This document shows positions 8,184 to 15,769 of a DNA stretch of 32,000 nt, one piece after another (the stretch's first letter is position 1; every line of letters begins with the position of its first letter). The stretch comes from a bacterium. GTDB taxonomy: Bacteria; UBP7; UBA6624; JBBIMK01. Below the pieces are notes generated by a model. That model searched no databases and was not told where the DNA came from. It worked only from the letters and a program-made list of their open reading frames with translations. The position numbers and the translations under genes are program-made. The DNA lies in contig JBBIMK010000016.1 of assembly GCA_037444445.1 (NCBI GenBank), positions 1 to 32,000 on the forward strand, given 5' to 3'.

Positions 8184-10475
8184 ATGATGAGATTCAATAA
8201 ATGGTTCATCCTTTTATCGGGTTTATTGATTGGCCTATGGATTTCCCGGGCATCTTTCGGTCGGCTGGAATATGCCCGAGAACTTCCAGAATCGCTAAAG
8301 GATCGGTGTAATGTATGCCACATCTCACCTACGGGTGGGGGGCCATTAAATCGGTTCGGCGAGCAGTTCGCCATGAATGACCACTCGTTTCCGGCGATTG
8401 CTAATGCGGATGCAGATGGCGATGGTTTTACCAATAACGAAGAGTTGAAGTCAGGAACCTTGCCCGGTGACCCGCAATCTCATCCAGGAAGTAAAAAAAT
8501 AGCGGGGAAAATCTCCACCAATGCCCAGATTGGAAACAACGCCCTGCTCCTCGGTTTTCTTGCTGTGATATTTATGCTGTTCACTTCGGCGTTGGGAATT
8601 TTCCTGAAAGATGGGAGGTTTTTAGAGAGTGCCCGACGAAGCCTTCTCACCTCTACACTTCTGGTTTCCATTGCCACCCTGGCAATGGTTCGTGCTTTTC
8701 TCACACACGATTTTCAAATTCAATACGTGGCTCAGCATTCTAACCGAGCCATGGCAAAACTTTACCTGCTCAGCGGATTGTGGGGAGGGCAAGAAGGTTC
8801 CCTCCTCTTCTGGCTGTTTATTCTTTCCATTTATTCCATCGCCCTGATTTGGTTCAATCGGCAGGAAAGGGACCCTATTTTCTCCAGCATCGTCTATGGG
8901 ACCCTTGGAATCATTCAGGTATTCTTTTATTTCTTGCTGGTGTTTATTACGCCTCCCTTCCGCCTGCTTTCGGCGGCTCCTCCGGATGGAGCAGGCCTGA
9001 ATCCTCTCCTTCAAAATCCAGCCATGCTTCTACATCCCCCCAATCTTTATTTAGGGTATGTAGGGTTCTCTGTGCCCTTTGCTTTTGCCGTGGCGTCGTT
9101 AGCCACCGGGAAACTGGATGCAGGCTGGTTGAGAAAAGCCCGGCTCTGGGTGCTCATTCCCTGGATTTTTCAGACGGTAGGAATCATCCTGGGCGGTGCC
9201 TGGGCGTATGTGGAACTGGGCTGGGGTGGCTACTGGGGCTGGGACCCGGTGGAGAATGCCTCCTTTATGCCCTGGCTTACCGCTACCGCTTTCTTCCATT
9301 CTCAGATGATTTCTGAACGAAAAGAAATGTTGAAAATGTGGAATGTCGTACTGATTGGCCTGACCTTCTGGTTGAGTGTCCTCGGAACATTTATCACACG
9401 GTCCGGTCTGATTTCTTCCGTTCATGCTTTCGCCAACACCGGCCTAGGCGCTCCATTCCTTTTCTTCCTCGGGCTTACTGCCGCTATCTATGCTCTTCTG
9501 ATATATTACCGGTACCCCCTGCTCCAGAGTCGAGAAAAAATTGAAACGGTGGTCTCCCGCGAAGGAACTTTTCTATTGAATAACTGGGTGCTTCTGGGGA
9601 TTACTTTTGCAGTCCTGTGGGGCACCTTATATCCTATGATTTCAGAATGGGTTACGAGCAAGCGGGGCGATGTGGGAGCCCCCTTCTATAATCAGGTCAC
9701 CGTCCCCCTTTTCCTGATTCTCCTCCTACTAACTGGAATAGGGCCCCAGATTTCCTGGAAAAAAGCAACAGTGGAAAATCTCCGTCGCCTGTTCCTTTAC
9801 CCTCTCCTCTTTGGCCTGGGAACGGTGGGTGGGCTTTTCATTTTCGGGATTCATGAATTCTTGCCACTGTTATCCTATGGTCTATCGGTTTTCCTCCTCG
9901 TAACGATGGTGGAAGAGTTTTATCGGGGAACGATGGTTCGTAAGCGTGTGAAAGGGGAGCATCCTGTGCAGGGCTTGTTCACTTTGATACAAAAGAACCG
10001 CCGGCGATACGGCGGTTTCATCGTCCATATAGGAATCGCATTGATGGCCATTGGTATCACTGCCTCCAGCGCCTTCAAAGTGGAGAAGGAAATGGTTCTT
10101 GCTCCCGGACAATCTACGAGTTTTCTCAAAAGTTACACTCTGGCATACCAGGGTTTGAAAGAGGTTCCTGGCCCTGGCTATCAAGAAGTTCGGGCTTTGA
10201 TTCAAATGAAGGGCTCCCGTGAATTCCTGGTGCACCCAGCCAAACGGTTCTACGAGGGAGGCCGGGAAGAATCTTCTTCCGAGACAGCCATTTTATCCAC
10301 TCTAACAGGTGATTTTTATTTCATACTTGCAGGCTGGGATGAAAATGAAAATGCTTCCGTCAAAGCAATCTTTAACCCTCTGGTGTCCTGGATATGGGTG
10401 GGCGGAATTGTGGTGCTCCTCGGTTCCCTCATTGCCCTCACCGCTCGAACCCGTAAAGGAGAGGAACTCCTGTAA
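8184..10475 (+). CDS. ccmF: Cytochrome c-type biogenesis protein CcmF (System I haem lyase) with an extra N-terminal CXXCH module
   Basis: 763 aa. From ~residue 115 it is a canonical polytopic CcmF, including the WWD loop WGGYWGWDPVENASFMPWL. The first ~110 aa are a hydrophobic anchor, CNVCH (nt 8307-8321) and DADGDGFTNNEEL. SD AAGGGGG lies 8 nt upstream of the ATG. Confidence 0.88.
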   Translation: MMRFNKWFILLSGLLIGLWISRASFGRLEYARELPESLKDRCNVCHISPTGGGPLNRFGEQFAMNDHSFPAIANADADGDGFTNNEELKSGTLPGDPQSHPGSKKIAGKISTNAQIGNNALLLGFLAVIFMLFTSALGIFLKDGRFLESARRSLLTSTLLVSIATLAMVRAFLTHDFQIQYVAQHSNRAMAKLYLLSGLWGGQEGSLLFWLFILSIYSIALIWFNRQERDPIFSSIVYGTLGIIQVFFYFLLVFITPPFRLLSAAPPDGAGLNPLLQNPAMLLHPPNLYLGYVGFSVPFAFAVASLATGKLDAGWLRKARLWVLIPWIFQTVGIILGGAWAYVELGWGGYWGWDPVENASFMPWLTATAFFHSQMISERKEMLKMWNVVLIGLTFWLSVLGTFITRSGLISSVHAFANTGLGAPFLFFLGLTAAIYALLIYYRYPLLQSREKIETVVSREGTFLLNNWVLLGITFAVLWGTLYPMISEWVTSKRGDVGAPFYNQVTVPLFLILLLLTGIGPQISWKKATVENLRRLFLYPLLFGLGTVGGLFIFGIHEFLPLLSYGLSVFLLVTMVEEFYRGTMVRKRVKGEHPVQGLFTLIQKNRRRYGGFIVHIGIALMAIGITASSAFKVEKEMVLAPGQSTSFLKSYTLAYQGLKEVPGPGYQEVRALIQMKGSREFLVHPAKRFYEGGREESSSETAILSTLTGDFYFILAGWDENENASVKAIFNPLVSWIWVGGIVVLLGSLIALTARTRKGEELL

Positions 10476-10486
10476 GGAGGATTTTC

Positions 10487-10984
10487 ATGACTGATGAGAT
10501 AGATTCTATTCCAGTTCCGATGAGCCGTCGGAAATTTCTCCAATCGCTGACGCTATTCTCTGCTGTTTCCGTATTTTTGTCTGCGGAAGGTGGAAAAACA
10601 GGTGTCAAATCAGTGGCAACCCAGATGTTCTGCCCCTGCGGCTGTCGGCAAATCCTTGCCGAGTGCGTGTGTGAAACCGCCGTGAAACTCAGAGAAGATA
10701 TACAAAAGATGATTGACCAGAAAATGAGCCGGGAAGAGATACTTCAGGAAATGGTGAGGCAGTATGGGCCAACTGTCCTGGCGGCACCACAGAAAAAGGG
10801 CTTTGGGCTCGTGGCTTATATCCTGCCTCTGGCTGCGTTCCTGTTAAGTGGCAGTGCCCTCTTTTATTTTCTCCGCTTCCGCTCCAGTGTCTCCCCCGCC
10901 CCGGCTCCCTCAGAACTGTCTCTCACAGAGGCAGATAATAACCTCAGGAAAGAAATAGAGAAAGAAGTGCTGAAGGAGTTGTAA
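10487..10984 (+). CDS. ccmH: Cytochrome c-type biogenesis protein CcmH/NrfF family (Cys-rich variant)
   Basis: 165 aa. The periplasmic helical module REDIQKMIDQKMSREEILQEMVRQYGPTVLAAPQKKG plus a C-terminal TM helix match CcmH. The redox motif region reads FCPCGCRQILAECVCE. The N-terminus SRRKFLQSLTLFSAV is Tat-signal-like. SD is taAGGAGGattttcATG. Confidence 0.7.
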   Translation: MTDEIDSIPVPMSRRKFLQSLTLFSAVSVFLSAEGGKTGVKSVATQMFCPCGCRQILAECVCETAVKLREDIQKMIDQKMSREEILQEMVRQYGPTVLAAPQKKGFGLVAYILPLAAFLLSGSALFYFLRFRSSVSPAPAPSELSLTEADNNLRKEIEKEVLKEL

Positions 10985-10987
10985 AAA

Positions 10988-11275
10988 ATGATGGGGATTG
11001 TCTTTGCGATTCTCATGATTCTATGGATTTCCGTCTTTGTAGCAGAACCGCTAAAGCAAAGTCGGAAGCCCATTGTTGTTGTAGAATCTCCGCTGAAATC
11101 CCTCCTGGAAGAGAAAGAAAAGGTGATGGCATCCTTAAGAGATGTGGAGTTTGATTTTGCGGCAGGTAAACTTTCTCAATCGGATTATCAATCACTAAAA
11201 GAATACTTCCTATCCCGGGCAATCCTGCTCACGCAGAAGATTGAGCAACTCCTAAAAGAACGAAAACATAATTGA
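10988..11275 (+). CDS. CcmI-like small membrane protein (N-terminal module only, no TPR region)
   Basis: 95 aa, 3 nt after ccmH. It has one TM helix (IVFAILMILWISVFVA), then LRDVEFDFAAGKLSQSDYQSLKEYFLSRAILL. This resembles the N-terminal module of CcmI (the C-terminal half of E. coli CcmH). Confidence 0.45.
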   Translation: MMGIVFAILMILWISVFVAEPLKQSRKPIVVVESPLKSLLEEKEKVMASLRDVEFDFAAGKLSQSDYQSLKEYFLSRAILLTQKIEQLLKERKHN

Positions 11276-11319
11276 ATTTTCCTGAAAACTAAGCATTTCA
11301 TCACTGAATGGAACTGTAT

Positions 11320-12528
11320 TTACAGGGATTTTCGGAAGTAGAAATAAATACTATCGTTAGAGTTTAAGGCTCCAAAGGGGGTAATGGAAGAGCCGTGAAA
11401 GAGATTGACACCCAGAGTGATGCTGAGAGTGTCGCTGATGGCATAAGAAACTTCAGGGATGTGAAAAGAATCTCCATCGGAAGGGCTGTAGAAACCGAAG
11501 AAGGAGAGGCGAAGTGTCTGGTAGTTCAGCAGGCGCATCAGGCGAAATGTAAAGATGTGGCGGATTTCATCCTGGGGAGGAAATCCGGGTGGCAAAGTGC
11601 TTTTGTAAGAGGCATAATCTTGTAGCCACTGGGCATAATACTGGATACCGGCAGTGAAGTCGGTTGCCAGTTCTTTCTGGTAGCCTGCTAAAAAACGAAA
11701 TTCAGAGTTGGGAATGATAGGGTTATTTCCGGAGCGGTCTTTTGTGGAATCGTAGTATCCGGCTTCTATGGTGAGGAGTCCGCCCCGGGCAGGACCCTGA
11801 AGGCTCAATCCGTAGGTGTTCAGGCGTGGGAAAAGCAGGGTCAATTTCGTCGGATTTTGAGGGTCGTCCATCTGAAAAGAAGGCTGGTTAAAATAGCCCG
11901 CACTAAAATAAACAGAAACATCAAAATTTTTCAGAGTGCCATAGATGCGGAAAGCCAATTCCTGTTTTTCTGGTTCAATTTTCTCTCTCTGTGGAATACC
12001 CGCGAAAGGATTTGGAAGCCTGCGGAATCGGTTAGAAGATGGCAGGACATCTTTTTCAAAGGTTGTGGAGAAGAAATCTGCGGACCAGCCCTTGCCGAAG
12101 TAACTGAAAAATATACCATCGGAGGGTTTCTTTAGATATTCCATTGGCCGGCCTGCGAAGAAGGATTCGTAGTTCTTTGGGAAGACATCATTGATGAAGA
12201 GAAGGTCAGCCACACCCCAGGTTACTATCTTCCTTCCCCCATGGATTTCCCAGTTTTTACCAGAGTAGGCGAGGTAAGCCTCACGAACTTCGGCGAAGGC
12301 ATCGCCTCCTGCCATATCTTGAACTCCATCCAGTTTGTATTGAAGGGAGAAGGCACCAGTTAGAGTGGCTTGCTGTTCCATTCTCAGGCGGTTTTCCAGA
12401 ACGATGGCGTTTCCGTCCCCGAGCCGTGTGGAAGTCAAACCATAATCAAAAATGTCAATGTTAGTTGCAAGTGAAGGAGTAGAAATGAAAATCGGGTTGA
12501 ACAGTAACAAAATCAGGAATTTCCTCAT
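11320..12528 (-). CDS. Outer-membrane beta-barrel protein (DUF1302 / alginate-export-like)
   Basis: 402 aa with a signal peptide (cleavage after SLA). The motif EVREAYLAYSGKNWEIHGGRKIVTWGVADLL resembles the REAY...lGRQ..WG..D block of DUF1302/AlgE-type barrels. Alternating aromatic/hydrophobic beta-strand pattern runs to the C-terminus. It is the last gene of the ArsR-RND-LolA operon. Confidence 0.55.
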   Translation of the reverse strand: MRKFLILLLFNPIFISTPSLATNIDIFDYGLTSTRLGDGNAIVLENRLRMEQQATLTGAFSLQYKLDGVQDMAGGDAFAEVREAYLAYSGKNWEIHGGRKIVTWGVADLLFINDVFPKNYESFFAGRPMEYLKKPSDGIFFSYFGKGWSADFFSTTFEKDVLPSSNRFRRLPNPFAGIPQREKIEPEKQELAFRIYGTLKNFDVSVYFSAGYFNQPSFQMDDPQNPTKLTLLFPRLNTYGLSLQGPARGGLLTIEAGYYDSTKDRSGNNPIIPNSEFRFLAGYQKELATDFTAGIQYYAQWLQDYASYKSTLPPGFPPQDEIRHIFTFRLMRLLNYQTLRLSFFGFYSPSDGDSFHIPEVSYAISDTLSITLGVNLFHGSSITPFGALNSNDSIYFYFRKSL

Positions 12529-12561
12529 TTTTCCCTTTTCCCTTATCCCTCTTCCCTCACA

Positions 12562-13422
12562 TTATTGTATGTATTTTTGTGGTGGTGTCCGCAGATACCG
12601 CTCCGTGAAAATGTCATCAGGAAGCCCCACATCATATTCCGCTTTCGTGAAAGAAACTTCTGTGCGGTGCCCGCTGTTCAAATCCTTCATCGTCCGCTTC
12701 ATTATCGTCCAGTAACCCTCGCCTTTCCCGTTTTTCGGGACGATCCGCTGGATGACATCCGTGGTGTAGACCTTAAAGATTTTACCCGTCGCGTCGGAGT
12801 ATTCTTCTTTCAGCGGAATGAGAATAGCCCTGTCAATATAGGAAACTTTGCGAGAATAATTTGCGGACTTCGGGTCTTTCGGGGTGCTTTCCAGAACATA
12901 GACGGGCTTGCCATCCAGAACATCTTCCCGGAGAAGTCTGAAAGAGTCATCCTCCAGGTCCCTACCAGAAACATCCTCATAGGTGAAGTCCGAGCCCGCG
13001 AAGGAAGAGCGTTTATCGCTGGCGGCGATGCGCTTCACGAGGCGGACCGCCGGGATGAATAGCCACCGGTCGTCATCTTTCCCCGGGTATTTATAAATGA
13101 GGAAGGTCATATCCTTGACATCGGTGGGCTGAGAAAAGTAGATGAAGTATTTCTGTTCTCCCCCTTCCTTCACATCTTTTCGGAGCATGGTCAGTTCCCG
13201 AAGGCGGTCCTTGCCATCTTTTGAGATGAGACGCATCACGACTTGCGCCTTGAAATCATTTCCCGGATAAAACTGCGCCAGATGGGACCTGCGGGCGATT
13301 TCGTCTGCAGAAGGTGTACCTTCACCCGTAGGTGGCGATACGCTACCCCCCAGCCAGAGCCCAAAGGCAAGAAATCCCATGGAAACTATGCCCCTTCTGC
13401 TCCACTTTTTTATGAGTTTCAT
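12562..13422 (-). CDS. LolA-like 'outer membrane lipoprotein-sorting protein' family protein
   Basis: 286 aa with a signal peptide. The core DRWLFIPAVRLVKRIAASDKRSSFAGSDFTYEDV matches the family consensus (..YlPal.+.rRIa...+..sF.GSDFtYEDl). This family is typically encoded next to COG1033-type RND exporters. Confidence 0.75.
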   Translation of the reverse strand: MKLIKKWSRRGIVSMGFLAFGLWLGGSVSPPTGEGTPSADEIARRSHLAQFYPGNDFKAQVVMRLISKDGKDRLRELTMLRKDVKEGGEQKYFIYFSQPTDVKDMTFLIYKYPGKDDDRWLFIPAVRLVKRIAASDKRSSFAGSDFTYEDVSGRDLEDDSFRLLREDVLDGKPVYVLESTPKDPKSANYSRKVSYIDRAILIPLKEEYSDATGKIFKVYTTDVIQRIVPKNGKGEGYWTIMKRTMKDLNSGHRTEVSFTKAEYDVGLPDDIFTERYLRTPPQKYIQ

Positions 13423-13452
13423 CGTGTTTCACCTCTTCTTATCATTTCAGAT

Positions 13453-14785
13453 TTATGAAACTTCTTGTGGATTTCTCTTTTTAGGAATCAGGACTGGTCG
13501 CAAAGCAAGAATGAGAGGGGGCAGGAGAAACAGCGTGAGAAGGGCGCTGAGCATCATCAGGGTGAGGATAAACAGCCCCACGGTGATGTAAGGTGTCAGG
13601 CTGGCGAGAACCATCACCGAAAAGGCGCCGGAAAAAAGAATTGCATTTCTCAGGATTCCTTTGCCGGGTCGCGCCGCCGCCCATAACAGCGACTCCTCCA
13701 ACTGCTCCGCCTCAGAATATCTCTGCTGAAACCGCTTGATAAAGTGAATGGCAAAGTCCACCGCCATTCCCAGCGACAGGCTGGAGAGCACCGAGATGGG
13801 CATATCAAAATCCTTTCCTACAAACCCGAGAAAGCCGTAAATAAGGAGAATGGTCAGGAGGAGAGGAACAAAACTGACGAGCCCCCAGTGAACAGAGCGA
13901 AAGTTGACCATAAGAATGATGAGCACGAGGATTAGTGCGAGGACGAACATCTTGACCATATCCCGGAGGACTTCATTGTTCCAGATAAGGTTGAAATAGG
14001 CGATGCCCGCCGGGCGAATCCGCAGTCCAGCGGGTGGTGGGTTCTCTTCCTCAAAGGCCTTCACCCGCTCTATCACTTTCTGCATCGCATCCGCATCCCA
14101 GGTCTTCAATTGCACCCAGATGTTTGCCCTCTGGAAATCGGCGTCTACAAAGTTGCTGAGGTCAGTGGGTTTGGCAGACATAGAAAAAAGAAACAAATAC
14201 TGCCCGATGGCGCGAGAGGAATCCGGTATCCTCTCCTCCTCCGCCTTGTCCCCGTGAAGCACCCGATTGATGCGCTTGACGACATCCGCTATGGAAACCG
14301 TCTTCCCCACGAGGGTGAACCGGGAGCTGAAACACGAAAATATCCCAATAATCCGTTGGGGTTTGCGGGATGTCTGTGAGCACCGGTTTCACCGTGAGGC
14401 TTTCTTCTTCTACTGTCACATCATCCACCGTGGTGAGGCTTTTCACATCCTGCCAGGCCACACCTTCTATTTTCAGGATTTCATTCGTGAACCGGCTGAT
14501 TCTCTCCAGGGTTTCGGGGTTGAAAATTTCCTTCTCCTTGTAAATGCCCAGCACTATCATATCTTTATGGAGTGAGAACCATTGGTCCACCAGGTCATTA
14601 AAGACGCGAACCTCTGAGGTAGTCGGAAGCATATTCTTTGGGTCGGTATCAATTTTTACCTTCGGGAATTGAATGACAAACCCAACGGTTGCGAGGATGA
14701 ATAAGGAAATCACCAGCCAGGGCTTCTCCACCGAGAATTTTGTTATCCAGGGCACACGGTTACCTTTTTCCGTCATCGCTTTCAT
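13453..14785 (-). pseudogene. COG1033/MMPL-type RND exporter, half-length and split over two reading frames (fragments 14162-14785 and 13453-14310)
   Basis: - The N-terminal fragment is TM1 plus typical periplasmic loop-1 sequence (IDTDPKNMLPTTSEV...NPETLERISRFTNEILKIEGV..VKSLTTVDDV...IPQTP).
- It goes out of frame near 14310-14345.
- The second frame continues with typical loop-2 sequence (GKTVSIADVVKRINRVLHGD...IPDSSRAIGQYLFLF...FVDADFQRANIWVQLK) plus 5 TM helices.
- Together that is ~430 aa and 6 TM helices, against the usual ~750-850 aa and 12. Confidence 0.6.
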
Positions 14786-14791
14786 TTTCGT

Positions 14792-14983
14792 TCACCGAAG
14801 CCCGAATTTTTCCAAAACCCACATCATCGGACACCAATTGGTGAAGGCAGACTGAAAAAGACTCAATGCTACCAGAGCGGTAAGAATCAACCAGTAAGGG
14901 GAATGGAGCCTGAAGAGGGCGAGAGAAGCGAGAATCAGCGCTCCTGCCACCCCTCGTAATCCTCTCTCTAAGGTCACACGCAC
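14792..14983 (-). CDS. DUF2892 (YgaP C-terminal-like) small membrane protein
   Basis: ~61-63 aa with two hydrophobic helices. ERGLRGVAGALILASL ... LILTALVALSLFQSAFTNWCPMMWVL matches the DUF2892 pattern (R.i.G...l ... G.tg.CP.y.llG). GGAGG is at 14987-14991. The start is either GTG 14983 or GTG 14977; the latter has better SD spacing. Confidence 0.7.
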   Translation of the reverse strand: MRVTLERGLRGVAGALILASLALFRLHSPYWLILTALVALSLFQSAFTNWCPMMWVLEKFGLR

Positions 14984-15010
14984 TCACCTCCATTTATATA
15001 ATATCATAAA

Positions 15011-15033
15011 TTCTAAACTTTGCAACTTTAGAA
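15011..15033. promoter_or_regulatory. 23-bp near-perfect palindrome TTCTAAACTTTGCAACTTTAGAA, a candidate ArsR-family operator
   Basis: 9 of 11 symmetric positions pair around a central G. It lies in the 60-nt arsR-DUF2892 spacer, and its core TTGCAA is a -35-like hexamer 16 nt from TATTAT (minus strand). The stem is too AT-rich, and lacks a clear U-tract, for a terminator. Confidence 0.4.
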
Positions 15034-15042
15034 AAAAAATTA

Positions 15043-15378
15043 TCATTTCTTCACCAGAGCCCTTCGGCTCTCCACCTGCTCCAGCAGAACCTCTCGCATC
15101 AGGTCACATGCCTGAATGATTTTCGGATTTGCCAGACGGTAAAAAATGTGAACCCCTTCCCTGCGTGTGTAAACCAATCCTTTTTCCCGGAAAAGCGCCA
15201 GATGCTGAGAGATATTTGCCTTCGCATAACCCAGTTCCTCCACCAGGTCATTCACGGTCTTCTCCTCTTCACGAAGTGTCTGGATGATTTCCAGGCGTTT
15301 CGGATTTGCCATAATTTTGCAGACCTGGGCGTGGAGCTCAAACAGCATCTTTTTGGTTTCGGATTTCCCCTTTTTCAT
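15043..15378 (-). CDS. ArsR/SmtB-family metalloregulatory transcriptional repressor
   Basis: The winged-helix core LHAQVCKIMANPKRLEIIQTLREEEKTVNDLVEELGYAKANISQHLALFREKGLVYTRREGVHIFYRL is a textbook ArsR HTH. The start is ATG 15378. The ORF track extends to TTG 15390, which cannot be excluded. Confidence 0.88.
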   Translation of the reverse strand: MKKGKSETKKMLFELHAQVCKIMANPKRLEIIQTLREEEKTVNDLVEELGYAKANISQHLALFREKGLVYTRREGVHIFYRLANPKIIQACDLMREVLLEQVESRRALVKK

Positions 15379-15402
15379 ATTCTTTCGCAACCCTGCAACT
15401 AT

Positions 15403-15439
15403 AGACTACCACTTTCTCCCCCTCCTGTCAAATGGAGGG
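15403..15439 (-). promoter_or_regulatory. Candidate arsR-operon promoter (TTGACA-17 nt-TAGTCT) with an inverted repeat embracing the -35 box
   Basis: On the minus strand, TTGACA is at 15431-15426, followed by a 17-nt spacer and TAGTCT at 15408-15403. The inverted repeat CCCTCC-N8-GGAGGG (15420-15439) has TTGACA inside its loop. Confidence 0.35.
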
Positions 15440-15769
15440 TGAATTCCATTGCGATTTTCAGGTAAAGATGTCACCTCTCAGTTTTCTCCCACTGTTGACC
15501 ATCCGGCACCCAAATGTTTCATTCCAGCGAAAGCCGACCATACCTCGCGGCTGGAATAGGCAAGTCTCGGAAAAGTAAAAGGGGACGACACGGGGTCTTC
15601 CACGCACCTGAAAAGGAGAAACCCCCATGACATTTCCCCTTTGAAAAAATATGACCTCGGGGTTGTAATGAAACGAAATCCTGAAAGGATTTATTCTAAA
15701 AAATTTTATAGTATAAGAGGATGCTTGTTTATCGCACTGAAAAGATGTGTGGAAGAGAAGGGGTTCTGT

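Noticed and set aside
15601-15650. A five-codon mini-ORF (ATG ACA TTT CCC CTT TGA at 15627-15644) with AAGGAG 8 nt upstream on the plus strand. It looks like a leader peptide.
   Set aside because: No plus-strand gene lies downstream for it to regulate, because both flanking operons are on the minus strand. It is probably fortuitous.
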